Shown here one piece after another: positions 40,300-52,293 of a stretch of 64,000 bases of DNA (positions are counted from its first letter, which is position 1; the number at the start of each line of letters is the position of its first letter). This DNA is from Squalus acanthias (Eukaryota), in the NCBI GenBank assembly GCA_030390025.1, contig CM059432.1, positions 122,390,001 through 122,454,000 of the forward strand, written 5' to 3'. The position numbers and the translations under genes are program-made. Under the pieces are notes generated by a model, which was not told where the DNA came from, searched no databases, and was given only the letters and a program-made list of their open reading frames with translations.

Positions 40300-40600
40300 G
40301 GAAAATCCCAGCACCTAACCCCCTGTGTGATGGTTGCTGATGTGGAGGTGCGTTACTGCATGAGGCAGTTGCAAGGAAGATGGAACAGTTCATGTAGGTC
40401 AACGCGGCAGCATGCTTGGAAGGAGATGGAAGCAGGTTTGAGGCCATGGCTCATCCTCGTCATCGCTGACTGGGCCAGCCCTGCTGTGTATCTTAGCCAC
40501 AGGTCTCCTTGCAGCAAATGGTACAGTTCTGCAGCTGGTTCTTGGCTGACTAAGACCCTGTGAAGACAGTTCCCCATGGTTGTTGTTGCATAGGTGTACC
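40300..40600 (-). pseudogene. Old Harbinger transposase N-terminal remnant
   Basis: ELYHLLQGDL...ASISFQ resembles [10 protein letters not shown]...ASGSFQ in the better preserved copies. Confidence 0.45.
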
Positions 40601-41765
40601 AGGGACTGCAGGCATGGTTGATGGCACCCTAATGGGTGTGGCAGATCAGGCTATGCTGGTATTAACAAACCTGACGCACCTTCTTTCATGCAATACTACT
40701 CGTAGCATTACATATTGCGATTCAGTGTTTCTGAAGAACCATCTAATATTACAGTTAGTTGAGCCTTCATGTCTCATTTTTGTGCCATCAGATCATGGCT
40801 TCCCTTGGGAATTGGAGCTTTCCCAAGCACTAATCCTCTAAAAAAGCGATGTATGTGCCTCTGTCTGTAGATGCAGATATGAGGGTACCAGTGGGTGGGC
40901 ATACAACACCTCTGATGCAGCTTGACCTGTTTGGCACCTCTTCACTGATCTTCTCTTCTTCCTGCAAAAATCTCAGTTTAAATAGTTTCAGAAATTGTGA
41001 ATGTAAATTCTTGAGAAGCTAATAAAAACGTTTATTAAAAAAAAGTCTCACTTTTATGGAAATTCAGATTGGGAAACCCATTGGCGGCACTAATGGAGCT
41101 ATGTGGAAAAAAAAGGCATCAGAACAATTGTCATAAAGGTTCTTGAAAGCTTAAGCAAGAAAATCAAAAGACATGAAGAAAAATGGTAGAAATGGCCTCA
41201 AACCTATTCATCGAACCTCTTACTGGGCCCTTTAAATGAACTTCCATATACAGCTGGATCTTCTGGCAAGCTTGTCACCCATTAACGTGGACATGACTTG
41301 CACTTGGTGTCCCTCATGCCCCAGCGTTGGGAAATAATGTGCAGAACTAAGTGATATTACACTCCCATAATTATAGGATGACTACAAAGCTCCTTCCTGT
41401 CTTCCCCTGTTTTCTTTAAATGCAGAAATTGCGCAACTTGAAAGAGAAATGGCTCTCCACCAAATTTTTCACACAAGGGCCGTATTGGAGATGAAAACCA
41501 TTTCAGTAGGTCTAGACTGTGGAACATTTTTAAAGTGAGTATACTGGGGAGAGTTAATGAACAAGCATCATTTTTTTAATATTAATGTTACTATGTAAAT
41601 AGGGTGTTGTTCTAAAAGAAAGAGCTTTTTGGTATAAGTACTTTGCAGTTTTCAAGGGAGCTGTGTAATTTTAGTTCAAATGTACAAATCCAGTCCAGTG
41701 CTACAAGCATTTTTGAGATAGTACCTGACAGATTAAGAGCATTGTGCAAATATTGCAGTCATACC

Positions 41766-41902
41766 TGTAATGTATTATCATATGGTTTGTCACATGGCTT
41801 AGTATGAGCATGCTCAGTTCGCTCTGGCCTAGTAAAGCAAGCGCATGGACTAGCAGATCATTGTGTCTCTGTCCTTCATTTGTTCTACGCACATATATTG
41901 CA
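41766..41902 (+). repeat. Gypsy 5' LTR (137 bp)
   Basis: TGT...GCA; direct repeat at 56050; PBS 3 nt downstream. Confidence 0.9.
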
Positions 41903-41905
41903 TTA

Positions 41906-41923
41906 TGGCGACGAGGATGGGAT
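41906..41923 (+). promoter_or_regulatory. Primer binding site for tRNA-Ser(GCU)
   Basis: TGGCGACGAGGATGGGAT is complementary to the vertebrate tRNA-Ser(GCU) 3' end (...ATCCCATCCTCGTCGCCA), from recall. Confidence 0.85.
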
Positions 41924-42158
41924 CACAAAGCTATTTTTAGGGATCATGGAAGGACACAGTGTTCAATCTTCGAGTGGAAAAGTTTTAGGTGAATTTGTGA
42001 CACCTAAACTAAATTTTTGCAATGTTTTACCGTTAATGCTCATGCAGAATCGTCTGTGCTTCACCTTCACGTGTATGTATACACAGCAACAGTGGCGTTG
42101 ATTCTCACAGGCACACAGGTAACGTGCTGAGTCACTGTTCGACGGGATCGGGACAATC

Positions 42159-42604
42159 ATGTCCGCGCCTACGGGATTCATCGGAAGACTCGGCATGTAT
42201 GACCGCGCTCGCGAACCATCAGTTTTTACATTGAGCGGATGGAGATGTTTTTTAAGGCCAATAACATTATTGAGACCGAAGGTGCAGATGAGAATGTTCA
42301 AGCTCAAAATAAAGCAATTCGTGAACAGAAGAAAGCAATTTTTCTAACAGAGATCGGGCCAGATGTCTACGGAACGTTGACAAACCTACTCGCGCCAGGG
42401 AAAGCAAAGGGTGTGTTGTCTGAAGACATTGTTGAGAAACTGGAGGACCATTTCGAGCCAAAGCCATTAGAAATAGCAAAGAGCTATAAGTTTGGTACCA
42501 GAAACCAAAAACAAAGTGAAACCATCAGTGAGTACATTGTAGCTCTTAAGAACCCGTCTTTGCTTTGTAACTTTGACACATTTTTGGATCGTTATTTGCG
42601 AGAT
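42159..42604 (+). pseudogene. Gypsy gag, N-terminal part
   Basis: FFKANNI, KKAIFLTEIG, HFEPK, RNQKQSETISEYIVALK, LRD; continues as FVCGL at ~52295. Confidence 0.88.
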
Positions 42605-43694
42605 AAGACCATAAGAAATAGGAGCAGGAGCAGGCCTTTCGGCCCCTCGAGCCTGCTCCGTCATTTAATAAGATCATGGCTGATCCGATTTTGGCCTCAA
42701 CTCCACTTTCCTGCCCGCTCCCCATAACCCTTGACTCCCCTGTTGCTCAAAAATCTGTCTATCTCAGCCTTGAATATATTCAATGACTCAGATTCACGAC
42801 CCTCTGAGAGAAGAAATTCCTCCTCATCTCCGTCTTAAATGGGCGAACCCTTATTCTGAGACTGTTCCCCCTCGTTCTAGATTCCCCCACGAGGGGAAAC
42901 ATCCTCTCAGCATCTACCCTGTCCAACCCCCTCAGAATCTTAAATGTTTCAATAAGATCACCTCTCATTCTTCTAAACTCTAATGAGTAGAGGCCCAACC
43001 TGCTCAACCTTTCCTTATAAGACAGCCCTTCCATCCCAGGAATCAACCTACTGAACCTTCTCTGAACTTCCTCCAATGCAAGTATATCCCTCCTTAAATA
43101 AGGGGACCAAAACTGTACACAGTACTCTCGGTGTGGTTTCACCAGCGCCCTGTACAGTTGTAACAGGACTTCCCTACTTTTATACTCTATCCCCTTGAAA
43201 TAAAGGCCAACATTCCATTTGCCTTCCTAATTACTTGCTGCACCTGCATGTTAACTTTTTGTGTTTCATGTACGAGGACACCCAAATCCCTCTGTACCGC
43301 CGCATTCTGTAGTCTTTCTCCATTTAAATAATATTTTTCTTTTCTATTCTTCCTGCCAAAGTGGATAACTTCACATTTTCCCACATTATACTCCATCTGC
43401 CAAATTCTTGCCCACTCACTTAACCTATCTATATCCCTTTGCAGTCTCTTTGGCCGCGATTTTGCCATTGGTGGCGGGTTGGGTGCAGGTCAGGTGATTG
43501 GCGGGTTCCGGTCCCACCACCGTTTTCTGCCGGTAAAAATGTGCAATTTTCCCCTAATTGGGCTATTGAGTCCCTGCGTGTGCGCTTCCCTGGCCAATTA
43601 GTGGTTTTGAGTCTGCAACTCGCCTCTGCTGACATCTGTGAGCCAGCCTCATTTAAGGGGCCCATGCAGCCTTGTTTCATTCTCTCATTATTTG

Positions 43695-45690
43695 ATGGTG
43701 GATTTCGCTCTAACAACTGCTGCCTTGACTGCTTCAAAAGCCAAGGCCTCCCCCCGATTTGATGATGACTCTCTCCATGCTCTTGTGGAGGGAGTCAGAG
43801 GGTGCAGGGAGGTACTCCTCCCATCCTCTGGGCGGAAGAAGCCACCACAGTAAACAAAAGCAGCATGGCTGCAAATTGCGCAGGAGGTCAGCTCCAGATC
43901 CATGTGCACTCGAACCTGGGTGCAGTGCAGGAAAAGGTTCAATGACCTGGTACGCTCAGGGAAAGTGAGTATAACATCACACATGCCCTCAATCTGCTCC
44001 CCATCTCCTCTCATCACCAGCACTCTGCATTGTCAACCTACTCCTGCACATCCCACTTTACCCTTACATCCCTTGCACCCTTAACCATCTCTCTCTCTCT
44101 ATGTACACAATCACTTCATTATTCGACTATGCTGCCCTCACACACGCTCTCGCTGTTATGCAATGACAACAACTTACAACGCACAGGGAGGGCCCTTGGT
44201 ATTGGCTCTTTACTCCATCTTTGTCTCCTTCTGAGCATCTATGCTGTGGTTTGTCTACACTCACTCCATCATTCTCACTCAAACTCCACTTGTGTCCCTC
44301 ATTGCAGGAAAAGAGAGCCCACAATAAGAGGGCGAGGGCTATGACAGGAGGAGGGCCACCTTCCAGTTCCAATCTCACCAATGCTGAGGAGGTGGCACTC
44401 AAAATCATTGGAGGTGCTGGGGATCTGGAAGTGGGGGACAGACAGACAGGCGCAGCAGAGCAAGCTGGTGACAGAATAATTTTGCATCTCTCTAATTTAC
44501 ATTGCATGAGTGACTGATATGGCATCTGATGTTCATACAGATTGACTTATGATCATCTGCACAATTCCATGTGCATGCTACGTTAATATCACATGTCTAA
44601 CTCATGCCTTTACTCCCCCACAGGACCATCGACAGACCCCGTCCCTACTGTACAGGAGGAAGAGCCTGAGCTGGAAGACTCCTCAGAGGAACCTGCAACC
44701 TCTGAGGGTGCAGCATCAGCAGAATTAAGCGCACCCAGGACCAGCGCAGACACTCACACCTCGGTGGGACTTTCGCAACATAGAGTAGTGTTGTCACCTG
44801 GTGTATCACAGCTCACAAGTGAGCATAAACAGATGGTGGAGACAGGGACAGCAGTGGAGAGTCCTCGTCAGAGGCCGCAGGGCGCTCCCAGCTCTGCTCA
44901 GCTGCATGTGGACCCTGTGCCTCCAGATCCATCCAGAAGGAGAGCAGTGCTCGAACTCTAGGAACAAGTGCAGGAGTCTCTGGCAGGTTTTGTCTCCAGG
45001 GTCACTGCCAGTGTGGAGAGGATGGAGGAGTCCATCTCTGACATGAGCAGTGCCTTTGTGGAGTCAATGGTGCATGAACGCACCACCACGGAAAGGATGG
45101 CAACCTCCGTGGAAAGGATGGCTACGGTAGAGGAGAGGATGGCTACGGCCATGGAGGAAATAAGTCGGCAAAGTCAGGAAAACATGGTGAATGTTCAGAA
45201 TAGACTGACATCTCTGGAGGAGCGATGGGCAGCTATTGAGCAGAGAAACCAGAGCTTTATGGAAGTCCTTTTGAGGAGGACTGCCAGTGCAGATACGGAT
45301 CCTCATGGCCCCCCTGATGTGCAGCAAGGTCCTGTCCAGCCACTTGCTAGCACTGAAGTGGGGCTGACCCATGAGAGGGATGTTGGTGGCAGACAACAAG
45401 GAAGTGGGGGCTCCTCTCCAAGCACTCACACGACCATGCCACTGAGTAGCCCTCGGTCAGAGCCCCACCAGAGTCCTCACCCAACCGAGATGGGCGTCTC
45501 AGCCCCTGCACAGCCGCAGGAGGAGCAGACTGTTGCCGAGCCCTCACAGACTCGCAAACCCAGAGGACGCCCGCCAAAGGTGTCGAAGCAGGAGCAGCAT
45601 GAAAGTGAGCAAGGTGCCTCCATGTCTGCTGAAGCCACAGGAGAAGCACCACGTAGAAGCACGCGTAAGAGGAAGATAAAGCACAAGTAG
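43695..45690 (+). pseudogene. Harbinger Myb/SANT protein, 3 exons (43695-43964, 44308-44467, 44624-45690), ~498 codons, two nonsense codons
   Basis: PRFDDDSL...AAWLQIA...WVQCRKRFNDL; GT-AG introns with matching phases; in-frame stops at 43851 and 44959; start codon inferred. Confidence 0.82.
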
Positions 45691-45965
45691 TCACAAGGGT
45701 AGTCATTTGGGTGTTCTGTTGTGTTGTCTTTTGTTGTCTTTATTTTTTGCCATTGTCATCCTTTTGTGCTTTGATTAAACAGAACTGATGACAAACAGTT
45801 GAAGGTCTGGCCTTTGTAATCTGGGAAATGGAAGTTGCACATTGAGGGCTCAGGGCGACTTGCATTTGGAATGATGGTGGTGAGAGTGATAGGAACCCAC
45901 AGGTTCTTGTACATTGTGTATGGTGTGATAAGAAGGTGCCAGCCACATGTGTTTGGTTCGTCTAC

Positions 45966-47220
45966 CTAAACGAATCTGGCAAAGATTAGCGCATCCCTTG
46001 CATCACGGGCAGCAATGTGCTCGCGTGCTGCAGCAGCTGGCTGATCCGCCTCCGCAAGGTCTTCTTCCTCCTCCTCCTTCTCCTCCTCCTCCTCCTCCCC
46101 CTTCTCCTCATCTGAGGAGGCTATGCGCTGAGCCACTTGTTCCTCAGGCAGCTGCAAGCCACGATGCTGTGCGATGTGCAGTGCACAGCAGACCACGATG
46201 ATTCAGGAGACCCTGGCTGCTGAGTACTGTAGGGCTCCACCTGATCTGTCAAGGCATCTGAATTGCATCTTGAGCAAGCCGATGGTGTGCTCGATGATGG
46301 ATCTGGTTGAAATGTGGCTGGCATTGTAGCACTCCTCAGCTTCGTTCGATGGCCTCCTCAATGGTGTCATCAGCCACGTCTTCAGTGGATAGCCCTTGTC
46401 TCCAAAAGCCATCCGGAAAGTTGTGTTGGCGGATTGAAGAGCTGAGGTACAGTGGACTGCCGCAGGATGAACGAGTCATGGCAACTGCCAGGGTACTTTG
46501 CGCAAACATGCAAAATGTCCTTCCTGTGGTTACAAACCAGCTGGACATTAAGGGAGTGGAAGCCCTTGCAGTTGACAAAAACAGCTGGGTTGTGATGGGG
46601 TGCCCTAATGGCCACATGTGTGCAGTCTATGACACCCTGCACCCTTGGCAAGCCTGCCATATTTGCAAAGTCAACCGCACGCGCGGTTACACTTGCTTGA
46701 TCCGTCGAGAAGTGGATGTAATTATGTGCCTTTGCAAAGAGATCATCGGTTGCCTGCATGATGCAAGTGTGTGCGGGCGACTGGGAGATGCCGCTGATGT
46801 CTGCTGATGAGCCCTGGAAGGACCCTGACGCAAAAAAATTGAGGGCGGTGGTGACTTTGACAGCCACTGGTAAGGGGTGTCCACCCGCTCCTCTGGGCTC
46901 CAGATGTTGGTGCAGCATTGCGCAGATGTCAGCGACTACCTCTCGCAAAAGTCTCAGCCTCCTTTGGCACTGCTGCTCAGTCATGTTAAGGACGGTCATC
47001 CTCGGACTGTAAACCTTGTGTTGGGGGTATCTCCTGCGGCGATGTGCAGCCTGCGCTGACGCCTTCTGCCCTTTGCAGCATCAGGTGGGTGAGCAGGAGG
47101 TTGGCGCTCCTGCTGTTGGTGCTGCTGTTGTGCCTGGTTCTGCTGCTACCGCGGCTGCTCTTCCTCTGAATCTGAGGACCAGGATGAAAGGAAATAAACA
47201 GTTCCCATGCTGCTGGTAGA
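45966..47220 (-). pseudogene. Harbinger DDE transposase, frameshifted
   Basis: [48 protein letters not shown]. Confidence 0.93.
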
Positions 47221-48727
47221 CATCTCAGTTGAGGAAGCGCTCAGTCAATGTGGGGAGAGGGTTTTCCCAGGAGGTCACAGTGGAGATGGATCTCAGCTTC
47301 ACCACTTACAAGATCAGTTTTCGCTGACATCACTTTTCCAAGACCTGAAGAAACAAAGATCTGGCACCTGCAACTGAGCCTTGTTGAGAGCTCCGTTTTT
47401 ATGCTGGAGCTGCAGCTGTGAAGAAGGCAGCCACTTGTGAACCTGGCACATTCAGCTGGCATGGTTTGGGAACGGCATGGAACACGCAGAAAATGTGGCA
47501 AAATCTAAAGCCGCTGTCAAAATAGCATTATTCAGGCCTTAAGGGCCTATCCCGCCGCTTGGAGGCGGGACCGAACGGGAGTCTGGGAGCCCGCATTTGG
47601 GAAAGTTGCACGAAAGCGGGTTGATGGCCGTATCAGAACCCGCCATCAATATTTGTGATTTTACCATCTGACCCGCCTCCAAACTCGTCCTCTGAGCGAT
47701 GGCAAAATCGTGGCCTTTGTGTCCTCCTCACAACTTGCTTTCCCACCTATCTTTGTATCATCTGCAAATTTGGCTACATTACACTCGCTTCCTTCATCCA
47801 AGACATTAATATAGATTGTAAATAGTTGAGGCCCCAGCATTGATCCCTGTGGCACCCCACTTGTTACTGATTGCCATCCTGAAGATGACCCATTTATCCC
47901 GACTCTCTGTTTTCTGTTAGTTAGTCAATCCTCTATCCAATCTAATATATTACCCCCAACACCATGAGCTCTTATCTTATGCAGTAACCTTTTATGTGGC
48001 ACCTTGTCAAATGCCTTTTGGAAATCCAAAAACACGACATCTACTGGTTCCCCTTTACCTCGTCAAAGGGGGCGATTTTCCCTCTGGAGGCGGGTTTCGG
48101 TTTGGGTGGGTTTGAAACCCGCCTCCACTGATAGTTTTCAAAAAATTGCGATTTTCCCCTGATTGGCCACTTGATTTCAGAGGTGTGGGATGCCCTTGGT
48201 CAATTAATGTTTTGGAACTGAAACTCGCCTCTGCTGACATCACTTTTCCAGCCTGATTTTATGGCTTCTTGCTGCCTTGTCTCATTCCACTGGATTTCTG
48301 CCTATGCTGCACCACCTGCAACATATTCTGAGAAACCACTGTCCAATTCCAAGGTAAGGGCCTCCCTGAGGCTCTTGGATGAGGCGCTGCTAATGTTGTT
48401 TGAGGAGGTGACAGCTAGCAGGGAGGAAGAGGCCTCCCAAAGAAACCAAGGCTGTGTGGGTACAGCTGGCAAGGGATATAAACTCCAGATCTGTGTGCAG
48501 ATTTGGTTAAGGTTTCTGTGTATTGATGAAATGCCATCCATGTTGGAAAGCATTAAAATGATTTGATGCCAAAATGTAGGCGTTATGGCATCTGTTCTTT
48601 CGCCTTAGGCAGCTCCACATTGCGGGCTCCGCCACAATTGCGTTGTCAGGTTGGTGGCCTGAGTGAAAGGAGGCCAGAGAGTCATGTCCATTGTCAATGA
48701 TGTCTTAGGATGGAGCCAAGGACATGT

Positions 48728-50376
48728 TGTAAGGGTTTTGTGCCTGTGTCTCAGACGGTGCTGGTGCGAGGTTAGGCCTTCGTTGCCTAATACTATTGCT
48801 TGCTCTGGTCTCCGGCCAGCCTTATTGCAATAAGCACCTGTGAGAGGTTCGACCCACTCACCCTTACGGTTCTAACACTCGACTTAGGTGCAGAAGCAGT
48901 AATGCAGAGAAAACTCAGATAGACCCGGTTGAATAGTACGAAATGGAAATCTTTATTGCATAGCGTCCAAAATCATGAAGTACATGTCATAGGCGCAAAT
49001 TAACGAGAGTACAAGTATACATACATTCATAAAGCTTGGTCTATGGTAATGAAGAACGCACGGCACATCGTAAAAAGGGGAACACATTATACTTTATCCT
49101 TAATAAAACCACCCTCCCTTATCAATACCTACACTACGTCTAAATTTGTAGGATCGGGAAACATGCTCACCACTCGTGTTACTTCGGAGAATTTTAAAGT
49201 GAGGCACTCGGCTCGTTTCGCTGCAGCGCCTGACTGTCACGTATTTGGAGGGGTCTCTGTACCCCACTTGTTTATCTTCGCTGCTGCGACAAGCAGGCCA
49301 GACCGTCTTTTGTCATGAAGAACTCGGTAGAACTCGGAACGTTTGTAAAATTCAAAGAAGAGTCTTCCTGTACCGACACCGGTTGTCGGCAGATTTCAAT
49401 GAAGAGTCTTTTATTATATTTTTGGGCGCGGTCGGGGTTTACTGACCGTGGCGGCACGTGGATTCTTCTTCTTTTCTTGTCGTTTCGTCTTGTCTCTTCG
49501 CGCCTCCGGGTCCAGACACCGTTTACCGACTCTCGGGATGGTGCACCCGGTCACTTGCCCTTGTCGAGGCGGCTCGTTCCGATTGAGCTCCACCCAACAT
49601 TCGAATAACCGACCCGTACGGCTAAAAGTCCAGAGTCAACAGAGTCCTGCCCTAGAGAAGAGCTTCAGCCAGCGATCGAGCGAGTCAAAAAGAGTCAGCA
49701 GAGATAAGAGTCGAAATCAAGAGAATAAGAGAGCGATGGACATTTGTTCACCATAGTTATAGTGCTGTGTCCCCTTATCTCCCGCTCAAATCTTAATGTT
49801 TGTCCTTTGTGTAATATTGGCGCTCAAAACTCCCAGCATGGGGCGATTCTTCTCTTTAACGGGTTTCGGTGGCACCTGAAACTGGCCAACTATCCGTTAA
49901 TGTTTTCCCCATTGTTGACCCAGCCAGGATTGTATGAATCGTCTCCCTGACTGGTTTTGGGGGCCCCCGAATACTTGCTTAATCACCCGTCGATGTCTCT
50001 CTCATTGTAGAGCCGTGGGGGTATTTGTGTATTGATGTGTCTGGATGGGCCTTCGATTGCCCAGTACAATGGTCCTTACTTGTGCATGGAAAATGATTCC
50101 AGCACTTATATCTTTGCTATTGTTCCAAATGCAAACAGGTTGCATCCTGTCTTTATCAGTGTTTACCGAGTATGATCCAATCTTATATTGAATGTTTATT
50201 CGACGCCATCTTGTCTGCCCACTGTATTTCTGGAAGCTTCTGCCACGATGCGCGGGGGCCATTTTACAGGCTTCTGTGTCCTTTATAATCATGACAGCAT
50301 TTCGTTTAATAAAACTGATCAAATGAATCTGCCTCTCTTATGTTATTTTGAATCGTGATAATTGCGAAACTTTACA
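48728..50376 (-). mobile_element. Long solo LTR (1649 bp), copy 2, TSD ATGT
   Basis: TGTAA...TTACA; ATGT at 48724-48727 and 50377-50380; inverted paralog of 15802-18150. Confidence 0.85.
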
Positions 50377-50395
50377 ATGTGCCTACTTGGGCAAC

Positions 50396-51770
50396 CTATG
50401 CAAATCTGGCCAGGATAAGTTCATCCCTTGCATCCCAATCAGCCATGTGCTCGCGTGCTGCCGCTGCTGCTGATCGATACATCGGCGCTCTGACCTCCTC
50501 CTGCTGCCCCTCCTCCTCCAGTTCCTCCTCCTCCTCAGCCTCCTCCTCCTCCTCATTCTCATCCCCATCTGAGGAGGCCTGGAACTGAGCCACTTGCTCA
50601 TCAGGAAGCTGCAAGCCACGACGCTGTGTGATGTTGTGCAGTGCACAGCAGACCACGACCATTCTGGAGACCCTGTATGGTGTATACTGCAGGGCTCCAC
50701 CTGATCGGTCAAGGCAACAGAAGCGCATCTTCAACAACCCAATGGTTTGCTTGATGATGGACCTGGTCGAAGTGTGGCTGGTGTTGTAGCGCTCTTCAGC
50801 CTCGTTAGCTGGCCTCCTGATCAGCATCATTAGCCACTTCTTCAGGGGTTAGCCTTTGTCACCAAGGAGCCATCCATTAAGTTGGTTTGGCGGATTGAAA
50901 AGCGGAGGAACACTAGAGTGCCACAGGATGAAAGAGTCATGGCAACTACCACAGAACTTGGCGCAAACATGCAAGAACTCCTTCTTGTGGTTACACACCA
51001 GCTTTACGTTGAAGGAGTGGAAGCCCTTTCGGTTGACAAAGATAGCTGGGTTGTGATGGGGTGCCCTAAGGGCCACATGTGTGCAGTCTATGATGCCCTG
51101 CACCATTGGCATGCCTGCCATATTTGCAAAGCCAACTGAACGCACGGTTATACTTGCTTGATCCCTTGTGAACTGGATGTAATTGTGGGCCTTAGCAAAA
51201 AGGGCATCGGTAACCTGCGTGATGCAACTGTGGGCAGCCGACTGGGAGATGCCGCTGATGTCTGCTGATGATCCCGGGAAGGAGCCTGAGGCAAAGAAGT
51301 TGAGTGCGGTGGTGACTTTGACAGCCGCTGGTAAGGGATGTCCACCCATTCCTCTGGGCACCAGGTCTTGCTGCAGCAGTCCACAGATCTCTCGGACAAC
51401 CTCTCGTGAAAGTCTCAGCCTTCTTTGGCACTGCTGCTCACTCATGTTGAGGTAGCTCATCCTCTGTCTGTAAACCCTCTGTCGGGGGTATCTCCTGCGG
51501 CGAGGTGCCTCGATGCGCTGGCGCCTTCTGCCCTGTGCAGCATCAGGTGGCTGAGCAGGAGGTTGGGGCTCCTGCTGCTGTTGCTGCTGAGCTGCCTGAG
51601 CAGGAGGTTGGGGCTCCTGCTGCTGTTGCTACTGAGCTGCCTGAGCAGGAGGTTGGGGCTCCTGCTGCTGTTGTTCCTGAGCTGCCTGGTTCTGCTGCTG
51701 CCGTGGATGCTCCTCATCTGAATCTGAGGTCCATGGAGAAAGAAAACGAATGGTTCCCATGCTGCTTGCA
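50396..51770 (-). pseudogene. Harbinger DDE transposase, disrupted
   Basis: [43 protein letters not shown]. Confidence 0.93.
51551..51685. repeat. 45-bp tandem repeat x3
   Basis: ctgagcaggaggttggggctcctgctgctgttgctgctgagctgc starting at 51551, 51596 and 51641. Confidence 0.92.
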
Positions 51771-52293
51771 GATGCCTCCGTTGGGGAAGCGCTCATTGCA
51801 AGCGGGGAGAGGGTCTTCCAAGGAGGTCCCACAGTTGATAGATGCAGCACCTCCGACTTTGGAAGACCTTCTAAAAGTGCTCAAAGACCTTTTAAAGCAA
51901 AGTTCTGCCACCTGCAACTAATCCCTGATGAAATAAATGATATAATGTTGGACCTGCAGCTGTGAGGAGACCAGCCACTAGTCAACCCACCAGGTTTAGC
52001 TGGCGTGGTTTAGGAGGGTCATGGAACACGCTGAAATGGTCGAAAAATCACGCGGGCCTCTCAAAATAGGCTTAGAGAGGCCCTTAATGAGCATTTAATC
52101 CTCTTAACAAGCGCTATGGCCAGCTGGAGGCGGGACCATTTCCCGCCCTGCAAAACCGGCACCGGCAAAATCCCGCGGAAGCGGGTTGTAGGCAGGTTCC
52201 GAACCCGCCCTCATTGTTTCCGATTTTCCCGCCTTTCCCGCCTCCAAACCCGCCTCCTTGGACGTCAGAAAATCACCCCCAAAGAACTCTAAT

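Larger units (their letters stand above)
43452..47715. mobile_element. PIF/Harbinger transposon, full-length, TSD TTT
   Basis: TIRs GGCCGCGATTTTGCCAT / ATGGCAAAATCGTGGCC; TTT on both flanks; convergent Myb and transposase genes. Confidence 0.95.
48068..52280. mobile_element. PIF/Harbinger transposon with Myb gene mostly deleted, TSD AAA
   Basis: TIRs GGGGGCGATTTTC / GAAAATCACCCCC; AAA on both flanks. Confidence 0.92.
42605..52293 (-). mobile_element. CR1 3' fragment in three pieces (42605-43451, 47716-48067, 52281-52293)
   Basis: The CR1 sequence rejoins across both Harbinger TSDs (ctcttt|gtgtcctcc and gtcaaa|gaactctaat). Confidence 0.88.

Noticed and set aside
46382..46999. Domesticated HARBI1 gene
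   Set aside because: Flanked by TIRs and TSD, frameshifted, and multi-copy in the window.
50002..50322. 106-aa ORF in the LTR U3 region as a possible viral accessory gene
   Set aside because: The frame is broken in copy 1 and no motif is recognisable.
51551..51685. CRISPR-like array
   Set aside because: Head-to-tail repeats with no spacers, no cas genes, eukaryotic context.
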